A DNA stretch of 64,000 bases from Vicugna vicugna (Eukaryota): the NCBI GenBank assembly GCA_013265495.1, contig MU057999.1, positions 992,001 through 1,056,000 of the forward strand, written 5' to 3'. Positions 24,161 to 36,125 of the stretch are shown here, one piece after another. Position 1 is the first letter of the stretch. Each line of letters opens with the position of its first letter. The notes beneath the pieces were generated by a model that worked only from the letters and a program-made list of their open reading frames with translations, made no database searches and was not told the origin of the DNA. The position numbers were made by a program, and so were the translations under genes.

Positions 24161-27100
24161 TAACGTTATTGTTAATAATATTGACAAAACTCTGTAACCA
24201 GTTTTAGGCAGTGGAGGTCAGCTTGACAATCCACAGACCTGGCCTTAGGAGGGTGCCGCGGGTGGGCAGGGAGGACCCAGCGTTGCCCGCAGACTGCGCT
24301 CTGCAGGACATGCTCGTCTCTCATTTGATATGAGGTTCTTGCTGGCGTGACCCAAAGGCTGGCCAGGGGAGGGTGGACAAGGACAAGCCCACCTCTGCCT
24401 TCCTCTGAAACGGAGGGGCCAGCATGGTGGTCCATGCTAGGCTCCTGTGTTCCCTTCAGCCCCAGACTTATTTCCTTTGGGCAAGTCCTCTCCCAGGCTT
24501 CTCAGCAGGGTCTGCCCCACCTCCTGCCTCCTCCCTTCGGGCCGTCCCTGGGGGGGCCGCACCCACCTCTCCTTCCCTGGGCCCTCCCTCATGCCCCCAG
24601 GAGTTGCCTTCAGAGGAGGGGCTCTCTCGGCTTCCCCTGGGTGTGCACGGAGATCTGAGTGCTAAGTGCACCCTTCACACCTCTGATCTTTGCCGCAGGC
24701 TTCCCCCTTAATCACGTCTAACTGACAAACTTGAAGGCAGTCGGTGATGCTAATGCACCTCCAGGAACCGCAAACAGGAAGGACACAGAGCACTCTGGAA
24801 ATTACCTCTCAGCACCTGGGAATAAATGGTCACTCCGGGTAGAGCACAGCCGTTCAATCCTGTCTGCCACCTCCTGCAGCGGGAGCCCCCTCCCAACTGC
24901 TCTGATTGACAACAGCCACTGGGCCACTCAGGTCTTCCAGGAGTCCAGCACCTCGGCTGACCCTGCTCAGCTGCTCAGTAGGAGGGCATCCTCCCTATTC
25001 CAGAACCCAATCCGTGAACTCTGTTTCCCTGTTCAGAGGCTGCTTCAGATTTGGTGAGGTTCCTGAGAAAAGTCAGACCAAATGTATTCTGCCAAATTTG
25101 TCTGCCTTCAGCCTTTTGGATAAATGTCATGCAAAGGCTCTGACTGTCACATTCACTCCTCTGTGGGAAATCTTTGGGGATGAGTAGAACCTTAAACCTT
25201 ATTATTTCAACATTGATTATTTCTCACAGCTCTTTCCCTCTTTCAGAGTTGACTCTGGGACATGCCGAGTGGCACACCCACAGTCACTGCAGTTTAGGGG
25301 CCGAGACCAGACCCAACAAACCCTTCTGGCAAGGGCGTGTTAGAGCCGGTCAGACCCGACTGATTCCTCTGTGACCTTGGACAGATCTCTTTTCTAGGAC
25401 CCTCTGCAGAAGGCCCATATCCCCAGCTCTGTGCCACTGGGCCAGGTCAGGGCAGCGTGAGCGAAGTTTCCTGTCCTTTATCTATCAAGACAGCTCTGGT
25501 CATACAGCTGGAGAAATTCAGCCTCAATGCTTTTGCTCTGCCATTATGGAAAAATAAAAATCATTTCTTTTGTTCACTTGTCCCACTTGAACGGTGTGTA
25601 ACAGTGTTAGAGATTTAATGGTGTTTCTGACTTTGTGACCTGGGGAGAAGCTGGAAATTCCACTGTGCCCATTTCTACTCCTGGGTTTCCGTAAATGTCA
25701 CAGTGAAATTATTTTATCAAGTACACCACAGAAGGGGAAAATCTTAATCTTATATTATACATATGCAGCACTTGACCTTCTCTTGAGATGCGGCACCTCT
25801 TAGCTACACTTACTTAAACATAATGCAGCTCTTCCCCGGATGCATGCAGAGAGAATAATTAGGGGCCCTGGTATCCCAGCTGGAGAGGAGGCTGTGCTGT
25901 GGGGCTGACCTCGAAGATGAAAGGGAGAAGGAATGAGGCGGGGGGCAGGGCGGCAGCACACTGGTCCTGATGGGGCAGGTGGACCTGACTCTCTGCCGTG
26001 TTCTGGTTCCCCTGCTGACGGTGCGCCTCTGGCCAAGTTATTCATTGCCTTCTCTGGGCCTTAGTTTCCCCATCACAGCTCTGGATTTGCCAGTTTTGAT
26101 CCACGGGTAGTGGCTGCCTAGGGCATTGTGTTAAAGATTCTGAGCCCTGGTCTGGGTTGAGTGGGAGTGAGTGCCAAGATTGATTAGTGATGTCTGCCGT
26201 GGCCGGCATGGGAGGTGGCGATTGTGGCTCTACTGGCTAACCCTGTTCCAGGATATTTCTAAGGTCTTTTTTCCACCCTGAGTACATGTGATTTGTGGAC
26301 TCGCCAAAGCCCTGGGGAGAGGAAGCTTGGAAAAGGGGAAACAATAACAACCTTCCCTCAGAGAAAAGTACTATTTGCCTTGTCAGGTTTTGGAGAGAAA
26401 ATAAGATTTGTGTGATGCATCCAAACGTGGTTCTTTTCTTTTTCCTTTTTTTCATATGGGCTCTGTGAGAAGCGAGAGAGCAAGGGACGGCAGGCTTTTT
26501 CTGGGTGCGATGACTCATCAGACCCGGCTGCCACAGGAAAGAGCAAGGAGCCCTAGGTGGCTTCTTGCCATTGCCCAACCTTGAGAAACACTGTAAGAAG
26601 TCACCTTTACTTATCTTAAAGACTTGGTTATTAATTATTTTTTCAGGGAATCCATCAAGATCTGTATTGGCTGGAGTACTTAAAACTAAGGGTTTTCTCA
26701 AAGGGTAAGGACTTAAGTTCGGGAACGTGGGAAGCCGCCTGATGGACGGCATATGGTCCCGTTGCCTGCTGCCCAGAGCTACCAGATTGGTGGTGTTTTT
26801 AGAGCATTGGTAGCCAGGCTCTGACGTAGGTGGAGACAGGGCCTCGGGAGGGGACATCTGGGGATTCCCTGCCCTCCCCTTCCCCTGGCATAGAAGTGGG
26901 AGCCTAGGCCCGGCAGCCCTGGTGGCCTGATGGGCCTGACTGGGATAGAGGACCTTGGGGCCCCTTGGAGTGGCCAAAGTGATATGACCCTCATGTTCTC
27001 TTTGTCGGGTCCCAGGGCCCCAGGAAGCATCTCCCTGTTTGTGGAGAGGGAGATAGGAAGGCCATGCTCCCGTACAGGAGTCTGTCCTGTTGCTGGCAGG

Positions 27101-28139
27101 ACACTCCTGCTCTCTTCTAAAGGACAGACCCTCCTGCCAACCGTGCCCCCAGCATGGGCTCACTCACCTCCTTCACCATCTGGCTGTGACGTCAGCTCTT
27201 CTCCAGGAGGCCTTGCTCTGCCCCGGGAGCCCCACATCTAAAGCATTCCAGCCTCACCGGCCATCTGCTGCCTCTGGATCGAGGGCTCCTCCAGGCCCCC
27301 TCTCACTTCTCATTCCCCGCAAGTCTGTCCTGCTCCTCAGCCATAGCCCTTTTCTCTCCCTATGTAAAGAAAGGGACTCTCTTCTATCTAACTCGGGGCA
27401 CATCGGAAGTGCTCCCCAAATGTCTGTTGGTTGAATGAGACGTGCATATAAAAGGGAAAGGGCTCTGTTGGGCTAAAGCTTAGTAAGTGTTTCCATGGGG
27501 CTCCCAGCAGCTTCTTGTGGTCCGTGTTGGAAAGGTGCTCACGTAGGGCCCCACCTTCAGGGTCCAGGGAAATCACATCAGTGCTGGGGCTCGGTCTCCA
27601 GATAGAGGCCTCCTCCCCAGCCCATCCCAAAGTCCTGAAGGACTCCTGAGTCTGAGGAACCTCCTCGGTGCACGGGCTCCTCCAGCCCTGTCTGCAGGCT
27701 GGAGTTAGGGGATGGACTTGGGGAGCAGACCCAGCCAGCTTCGAGAGGAGCCAAGCCAGCCCTGGTTTCCGAGTGAGCCCACACCCTACCTTCCGTGCGC
27801 TTCCCTTTCCTAATGCCACCCTCGACCCCCTCGGTATCATAGGGACAGTCAGCCAGGGTGTAGGATTCTTAAAAGAGAACTCCAGAAAGAGGAAGACGCC
27901 CAGCCCAAGTGGATGAAGTGTGGAGGGCGGGCTTTCCGGCATCAGCAGGAAAGCAGGGGTACAAGCCAGACGGCCGGTCCCCTGGCCCAGTGCCTGGCAC
28001 CCAGCAGGGGCTCTGTGCAGACTGTTGAATGCATGAGTGATCCCCAGTCAACGCCCAGATCCTCCTCTTCTAAATGACTCTTGACTCTGTTCCCACTACC
28101 CTGGTGATCATCCCTCTTCCTGTGTCTCCCCCTAACCGT

Positions 28140-28775
28140 CCGCACTCCTCCAATCCATTCTCTTCCCAGCAGCCAGTGTGATCTTCCAGAAACAAAAATC
28201 TGATTGTGTGTGTGTTTTTTTCCCCAGTGTTGAGCCCATCAGTGGTTTCTGTGGCCTAAAGATAAAGTCCAGGGCTAACATGAGCTCAGGTTACTCTCCA
28301 GACTCAGCCTCCTTCTCATGCACCGACCCCTGTCCACCCCAGGTCTACTCTCTGCCTGAGCCTGCGGCACTCACGCTACACCGTGGAAACGTTGCTCTCA
28401 GTTTGTTGACTGAGTCATATTTTTTCTCCTGGGCCTTTGCACATGCTGCTCTGTCTGTGGGGAGGGTCCTCTGCCTCCCCTCACTAACCCATCTTACCTC
28501 TGCCAACCTAAACAGCTCTTATGCATTCTTTATATCTTAACTTGGATGCCACTTGCCTGAGACCCTCCCAGATGGAGTTAGGTCCCTGCTCTGGCCTCCT
28601 GCACCGATTCCCTCAGTTGGAATTTCCAGTTTAGGGTCTGTCTTCCTCCACTAGGATATCAGCCCTGTGAGGGAGGGATCTTTGAGTGTTTCATCCACTG
28701 GCGGATCCCAGTGCCCAGCACAGCACCAAGTATATATTAAGTGGCCAATTTAAATACTTTAAAAGGAATGATTGG
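28140..28775 (+). mobile_element. L2 3' region
   Basis: ccagcagccagtgtgatcttccagaaacaaaaatctgatt...gggcctttgcacatgctgctc...cccagtgcccagcacagcacc. Confidence 0.75.
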
Positions 28776-29037
28776 TGAGAACATTCAGCCTGGCTCCTTG
28801 CAGGCAACAGCCAGCTGCTCTTCACTGAGGAGATGCTACATTTCAGAAAGTTGGCATTCATTACACTGGCCTTCACAAAGCTGAGAAGGAAGTTACCCTA
28901 GCACCCCTTTTTACAGAGGAGGGGGCTGAGGAGGCGGGGGAGCGGTAAGTAACTTGCTTAAGATCACACCACCAGGAAGTGGCAGTTTTCATTGGCCCCA
29001 CGGCCGTGATGTTTCCAGTCTACCAGGTGACCTAGAG

Positions 29038-29213
29038 CCGTGGTTCTCAGCAGCAGAATCTCCTGGAGGGCTTGCGAACACTCAGATCGCTGGGCTCCAC
29101 CGCAGAGTTGCTGGTCCAGTCAGTTTGGAGTGGGGTCTGAGCTTCTGTGTTTCTACAAGTTCCCAGCTGATTCTGCTCCTGCTGGCCTGGAGAGCACAGT
29201 TTGAGAATCACTG
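29038..29213. mobile_element. MER5A-like hAT-Charlie MITE
   Basis: Terminal inverted repeats CCGTGGTTCTCA / TGAGAATCACTG; flanks acctagag / gcctagtc resemble a degenerate 8-bp hAT target site; internal cagaatctcctggagggcttg. Confidence 0.85.
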
Positions 29214-30319
29214 GCCTAGTCATCAGAAAACTCCTGGGTTTGCTTTGTGGCTACTCCACTCTCCAGCCACACTGACCTTGCACCAGGATTGCAGGATGCA
29301 GCCCCAAACTGCCTGCTGGGAGGCTCTGATGCCCTCCCTCCCTGGACCTGGCCTTGGCTGTGTTGTGCCCGGCTGCTCTCTTGGGGGGACAGGCTGCCAT
29401 TAGTGACAAGGACCTGAGTGCCTGCCCCTCCCCCTCAGAACACAACATATCTGTTTGTCATCCTTCAGTCCTGACCGGTGATCTCCCCATTCACCAGAGC
29501 AACCCGCCCCTGACCCTGACCTCATGTCTTCAACAACTTCCACGCTGACTGATGTGTCCTAGGCTTGCTGCTGCTACTGCCGCTCCCCAAGCGGCTTAAC
29601 AGCCCTGGAAGTTACAGTCTCGTCTGTGTCACGGTGCCGGCAGCATGTATCAATTTCCGCAAGTGTCACCAAGAGTGAAAGGAGTGTGTGACACAGCTAA
29701 GTGTTCCCTCAGCCCAGGCCATTACAGCTGGTGCGGGGCCTGAGGAGGCAGGGACTGGAGAGCCATGTGGCCGCCTGTGGGCAGGTCAACATAGAAGCGG
29801 GTGCCCCAGCCCACCTCCTGCCATGGTCCCACGAATGCTGTGTGGGCCTGGCAGTGTCTACAACTCCTGCAGCTCCCCTAGGCAAGCACAGGGTCCTGTT
29901 CCCTCTGAGGCTTGGGGCACTGTTTTCCCTTTGCCTCATCCTCCCATTTCTGCATCAATTTGTACCCATCCTTCAAGGCCTGTGTGTGTGCCACCATCTC
30001 CAGGCTGCCTTCCTGGCTCCCCTTAACTCTCCCCTTCCTCTAAACACCTGTGGCACAGGGTGTCTCCAGCTCTGATGTGGGACTTTCCTTGGTAAGCAGC
30101 CCACTCTGACCTGCCCTGTTCATCTCAGCTTCTTGGGGTTGGAGGTGGCCAGCCATACTTTCGTGTTCTCCCTCAGATCTAAAAATGTAGTGACTGTAAT
30201 TTTGTTTGATTACTTGAGTCCTGTATGGACAATGCAGAACATTGGGAAACTGTGGAAAATCACCAAATCATCATCAGCGGTCATGCCACCACTCCCAGTT
30301 TTTGTTTTAGTGTTAATGG

Positions 30320-30390
30320 TTTATATGTGTGTCTGCATGTTGTTGTATATGTACGTATGTGTGTATGTATATACGTGCGTGTGTGTGTGT
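30320..30390. repeat. (TG/TA)n low-complexity repeat
   Basis: tatatgtgtgtctgcatgttgttgtatatgtacgtatgtgtgtatgtatatacgtgcgtgtgtgtgtgt. Confidence 0.85.
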
Positions 30391-30419
30391 TATCAAGTTC
30401 ATGCTCTATGTATAGTTTA

Positions 30420-31265
30420 ACATCTACTTTAAAAATACTTTTCCAGGACATAATATTGATGACTCTGTAGTATCACATTACATGTAATTTATTTAGTGAA
30501 TACCCTATTTTTTTAAGTTAAAGTACAATCAGTCACAATGTGTCACTTTCTGGTGCACAGCACAATGACCCAGTCATGCATATACATACATATATTCGTT
30601 TTCATGTTCTTTTTCATTAAAGGTTATTACAAGATATTGAACATAGTTCCCTGTGCTATACAGAAGAAACTTTTTTAAAAATCTATTTTTATGTATAGTG
30701 GCTTACATTTGTAAATCTCAGACTCCCGAATTTATCCCTTCCCACCCCTTTCCTCCTTAACCATAAGATTGTTTACTATGTCTGTGAGTCTGTTTCTGTT
30801 TTGTAGATGAGTTCATAGTGTTCTTTTTCTCCTTTTTCTTTTTTTTAGATTCCACATATGAGTGATATCATGGTATTTTTCTTTCTTTTTCTGGCTTACT
30901 TCACTTAGAATGACGATCTCTAGTTCCATCCATGTTGCTGCAAATGGCATTATTTTATTTTATTCTTTTTGTGGCTGTGTAATATTCCACTGTATAAATA
31001 TAACAGAGCTTTTTTATCAAGTCATCTGTTAATGAACATTTAGGTTGCTTCCATGTATTGGCTATTGTAAATAGTATCCATTGACGTAAATCTTTTTCCA
31101 CCTCTGCTTGCTCTTTCTTTAGAATTATCTTTAGATGCAGAATTATTGAATCAAAGCACTGGACGACTTGAAGGTCTTAATACAGAAAAGCTTTAAGCAT
31201 CCGCACTGTGTATGAAAGTGCCCATCCCCTCTTACCCTGTAATACTAAGATCATATTACTATTTT
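30420..31265 (-). mobile_element. Old L1ME-like host fragment (30420-30507 and 31076-31265)
   Basis: gtagtatcacattacatgtaatttatttagtgaataccctatt on the left; gtaaatctttttcc...gaattattgaatcaaag...gtgtatgaaagtgccc on the right. Confidence 0.55.
30508..31075 (-). mobile_element. Relatively young camelid-type L1 3' end (about 570 bp) nested in an older L1ME-like element
   Basis: T-tract, then aagttaaagtacaatcagtcacaatgtgtc...ttagattccacatatgagtgatatc...tcacttagaatgacgatctctagttccatccatgttgctgcaaatggc...catttaggttgcttccatgtattggctattgtaaatagt. Confidence 0.9.
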
Positions 31266-31476
31266 TTGTTGTTATTCTTTTTCCAATCACAGCTTTAATC
31301 TTAGGGTCTTATCACAGCAGGCCTTCAGTGACCATTCAGTTCAACCAGCCACAGGATGTGTATGCCTAATGTGTAAGGCCTGTGCTCAGTGCCAGGGAGA
31401 GGAAGAGGCAAAACTTGCAAGACCTAGCGTCAGCCATCAGAGAACTTTCAAACTAGTGCAGTGATTGGACAGAATC

Positions 31477-31503
31477 CTGCCTGCCTGCCTGCCTGCCTGC
31501 CTG
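31477..31503. repeat. (CCTG)n tetranucleotide microsatellite
   Basis: cctgcctgcctgcctgcctgcctgcctg. Confidence 0.95.
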
Positions 31504-32199
31504 GGAACCACTTCTCTGCTACTGGTTTTCTCAACATACTGCCATGTCTATATGGGGAAGCGGGAGTTTCACAAGGCTCTGGGTCCCACTGGGATGTCCT
31601 GGGGTTCTTCATGGAGACCCATTTCTGGGAAATCCAAAGACAGCTGATGAGCATAGATGGAGAATCCCAGAACACCTCTTTCCCGGGAGCTTCATGCCTG
31701 GAGTTCCAGAGTCAAGAACCCCTGGGGTCAGCAACCCATTATGTGAAGATAAGGGAGACATTGCGCCACAGGCTCATTGAGAGACCACAGACATATGGGG
31801 AGAGCCCCGCAGAGCTCTGCGCGTGCCCCGCAGGAAGCTCTCGTCTCCCCTCCCCTCCCCCTGCCCACCACGCCCATCCCAGGGGTCACAGCAGCTGTCC
31901 AGAGTGGCTGGCTCTTTGCCTGTCTTCCAGACCGAGAGTCAGAGCAGAGCCCAGAGATGAAGGGATGAAGATGAGGTTGAGGAGCAGCGAACTGAGGGCC
32001 GTGAACGTCTCTCTTCCCGGCCAGGAGCATGAGCCTTGCCCCTCTCACTGTCGCCCTGAGGCAGGCGCACCTCCTGAGCCAGCTGCTGAGCTGCACCTGC
32101 CTTGAGAAAAAGGCACCCGGTTCTTAAGCAAGGAATGAATATTCATTGGCATGAACCTTTGCAAACTCATTTGGGGGAAAAAAATGAGATCAGGAGAAG

Positions 32200-32770
32200 T
32201 AATCAGATTATTAAAAGAAGCAGCAAGGACAGAAGGCGGCGGTGGAGGGAAGCATCGCATTTAAAATGCAAGGAGAGATTTCCTTCCTGCAGAGGAGCTG
32301 TGACCCCCTGGACCATGCACCGGGAACAGTTAAGCTCTCCCACATTCCTGCTGCATAAAAATGTTGTTTTCTGAGGCCTCCGTGGATGGGGGAGGGGCAG
32401 AGGCGACGTGCACGCTCTGCGTACAAAAATTATAAAATAACGTTATGAGGTTTTCATTTTATCTCCCTTGGATATCAAGAAAAATTGTGAGCGCTAAAGA
32501 GGCTCTGGTGAGTGCTGAGTGACAGGTTAAAGGGCTCCAATAAAGATTAGATGGTCCACTATCTCCTGAGGAAATTGCATAAAAGTGGTTATTCCCTCTT
32601 GCTTCTATTAATTTCCTCTTCCTGGCTGCTTGGAAATGCTTCATAACCTGATGCTGCAGATGGGGCGAGAGGCGCTTTCCATTATCTCAATCACTGCGCT
32701 GTTTATGAGACACTTAATCTGTTTCTTTATAAAGTAATAGTACTGTCGGTGATGGATTTAGTGTCACTGG
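32200..32770. promoter_or_regulatory. Candidate intronic developmental enhancer (TALE/HOX/paired-homeodomain motif cluster)
   Basis: TAATCAGATTA 32200-32210, TGAGTGACAG 32516-32525, CCAATAAA 32537-32544, CATAAAA 32354 and 32578, TTTATGA 32702, TGATGGAT 32750-32757, TGTCA 32762; no recognisable repeat. Motif evidence only. Confidence 0.4.
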
Positions 32771-35700
32771 AACGCTGCGTGCTGAGATGGGAGGGGAGGG
32801 GCTTCTCCAGAGCATTGTAGGCACTAGGTCATTTGTTACATCTCTGAGAAGTCGGGTGGGCGTTTCAAGGTGACCTTCGGGCTACAGCTAGAGGTCACGT
32901 GTACCAGTCCCTTTTCGCTTGAAGGGGGAGGGAAGTGCTGCGTGTTTTGCCTGGGGAATGGAAAATCCACACGTGCTCAGGGAGCTGGTCCTCATATCTT
33001 GTCTTTTCCTCTCTGCCGAAGATAGGAGCAGGCGGGGAAAGAGGTGTGTGTGTAGGGGTGCCACCCCAAAGCTCCGTTTATCACCTGTCTGAACTGTGAT
33101 CCCCTGCCATAGAGGGAAGTAAACTCCCATTTCTTAAGGAAACAAAGCAGTCTGGGCTGCACTGGTGTCAGCCACGTATAGACTCATAGGTGTCCCACTG
33201 ACAAAGGTCTCCTGGGAATACACAGTGAGGCGCCTTCGGCTCCGCCTTTCCCACCCACGTCCTAGAATAGTAATGCAACCTTCCCGCTGCGATGGGGCAG
33301 GGCAGTCTCTGACCTCATTTCCCTTCCTACCTCTCCTGCTCTTTTACCTCTGCCCTGCTGGCTTTGTCTTTGCACCTCTTGAATCTCACCTCCTAGTTGC
33401 CACAAAAATATATTTCTTCCAGTCCTCATCTCATAATGATGCACATCCTGCCTGACCAGTCCCCCCCCACCCCCAACAGCATTCCCTTTTCTGCCTCCCT
33501 CTCCAGGAAGGGCGCTTCCCAAAGTCTGTTCCCCACTGCCTGTGCTCTGTTCTGTTCCTCTAGCGGGGCGCTAAGCTCACGGTAGATCTATAAACATTTG
33601 TTGAATGAGGGGTTCATGACTATAGTGGTAGTGCTGACCATAATTTTGAATCAAGAGAAAGGCAACCCTTGAGTTCTGAAATGATATTAAAGCAAATAAC
33701 TTGTTATCTGCTTCGAAATTGCTGGAAAGTGTGGCTATGTGCTAGATTAGGCTATCACAGTATTTAATTAGTATTTTTTTGAGCCTTCCGGCAGGTGTGC
33801 AGTCTCCAAGCTGCCGGAGTCCCCAGCGTTCTCCACCGTGTTACTCTCAGCTGCTTTATATACTCAGGTGGCTTACCTAGGCTGAAGCTATTGCATTTGC
33901 TTCTCTTGGTCTAAATATTCTTTGTTAGAATCTACCCAGACACTCCATGTTTCACTTCTGATCACAGCTGCCTTTCCTCAAGGGGCAGCACAATTTTCTT
34001 ATTTTTTAAGTTAAATTTCTAGTAAAATAACAATATCATTAACTTCCATTTCTCATTAATGGTGTCTGATACAGGATGAGTTAAAAAGGCTTAATGGACT
34101 AGCATGGCATTTACCATTATTTAAAGCAGTAATTCAGTGAGAAAATATAGCCCAAGTGTGCTCGCAAGTTACAGTCTAAAAGTTCAACAAATGAACCTAG
34201 GAGTACTACTTCTTGATAAATTAGGGAATGCCTAGATGTAGGTTTTATTAAAGTATTAACTTATTAAATCTGAATATTAATGAGATTCATTCATTTTGTA
34301 ATTATCAGTGAGATATATTTTACAGAAGTAATGATTCGCCCATTACACAAAACAGAAATAATCTGTGCAGAAACACATTCTTCTATTTAGTTGCACGATT
34401 TATCGGCCCACTTTGGGACTCTGAACTCACATTCTAACCCTGAATTCTAAAAGTTCCTGCAAATAAAACTTGTTTTTCAAAAGGAACTGGGTAAAGGGAG
34501 AGAAAAAATTGGAATTGTCTAACACTTACTGATGCTGGGTATATTTCTATATTTGATTTTGATAAATTCTAATGACCTGAGGGAGTTGTGAGAAATGTTA
34601 CATTTCTTTTTTATGGATTCTTTATACAGATGAGCAAATTGAGGGTTACATAGCTTGCCGATGGTTGTCCATTTAGGACTAGCAGAGCCAGGAATCAGAC
34701 CCAGGACTGTCCGATCACTGCCCAGGGCTCACTGTCACACCCGCTCCCAGGACCTTTTACCCCACCTTTCTCTTAACTCCTATCCTTTAAAGTCCAGCTT
34801 GGCCCCACTCGCCTCCATTTCCTGCCTTTGTGGCTGTCAGAGTCTGGAGACACCCAATTCTGCCTTCCTCCATCAGAAATCTCAGACGAAGGCATTTTCT
34901 ATATCCCTCTGCCACTTGTGGATACCAAGATGGTTGTTTATGCTGTTAACTCATTCAGTGTAAAGCAAGGAGGCTTTTAAGTGCTGGAAAGAAAGTGAAA
35001 ACACCTTGTTTCTCTTGGGCTGATACATTAAGAAAATTACATGTGGCACAGCTCCAGTGAATGCAGGAGAATCACCACGTTCCCCTCCCCCACCTTCTAG
35101 GGAAAGCGCTTCTGCTGTTTTTGGGTAGCATAGGTCGGGGATGTCTCTGGCTTCTCCAGCTCCCGAACTGAATGCGGCACAGCACTGCTGGGTAGTTTAC
35201 AATGGGAAGGGCCAAGTGCTTCTCATGAGTGACAAGGGAGAGATAAGGAAAGAAGACAGGGAGAGAGGAAGAAAGCAATGGAGAGAATTCACTGAGAGGG
35301 CTTGGAACGCTAGATCAGCAAGCCAAATTCTAGGGTACTTTGGGTGTACCACTCAGGGCTTTCTTTCTGGTGTTTTATTGGTTGAGCCTTTAGTAAAGAT
35401 TTAATTTTTTTTAATTTTATCTTTCTACTGAGACATTTCTCTTCAATGTGCTGAGGTGGCTAACAAGGGCCCATTTTTACATGGATCACAACAGAAATCT
35501 TTAAGGACCTTATTGTAACATCTAAACGACATTTACTCCTGTGTGTTCCATGGAACATCCCAGAAGATGCTCTACACAATAGAACTTCATGGTGAGAAAA
35601 CACAGCATTCTATATCCCAGTTTTTGGAAATTTGGAAAAATTTTGTAACAAAAAATGAGATTAACTTTTTAAATCCACATTTTCAAAATATCTGGCTGCA

Positions 35701-35984
35701 GACCCCTTTTGTTAGTAAGAGGTGTTAACACTCTGAAGAACGTGGACTCCATGGAACACTGTTGGATTATGCCATTCCAGAACACTCCATTTAAGAAATG
35801 ATTCCCATTAAAATGAGCTCCCACCTCAGGACACTTCCAGAGTGACTGAAATCCTGTACCTCACTTCAAATGACTGAAAGAGTGAGAAGACTGCAGCAGA
35901 GGAAATAGTTCTTTCTTGTCTTGGTGGCAAAGATCTGGATATTTGTCAAATAGTTTATATGCGTATCATCGTGATGATTTCTCC

Positions 35985-36125
35985 CACTGCGTGATCCTGG
36001 GCAACTATTTTAACCTTTCCTTGTCCCAATTTCCTCATTAGCAAAATGGAGCTAATAATAGCTACCCCATGGAGGAATGCCTGTAAAGCATTTAACAAGA
36101 GCGTTAACAGATGGTGGCTACTGCT
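35985..36125 (+). mobile_element. MIR fragment
   Basis: gtgatcctgggcaactattttaacctttccttgtcccaatttcctcattagcaaaatggagctaataatagctacc. Confidence 0.75.

Noticed and set aside
26237..27163. Longest ORF in the track (308 aa, - strand)
   Set aside because: Non-ATG start, Pro/Gly/Arg/Ser-rich composition typical of GC-rich non-coding DNA, no recognisable domain, and no retrocopy hallmarks.
35520..35780. Palindromic GTTCCATGGAAC with a near-copy about 210 bp later (also a similar segment near 4843-5035)
   Set aside because: Most likely decayed hAT-type MITE ends; I could not define the termini or family well enough to list it as a feature.
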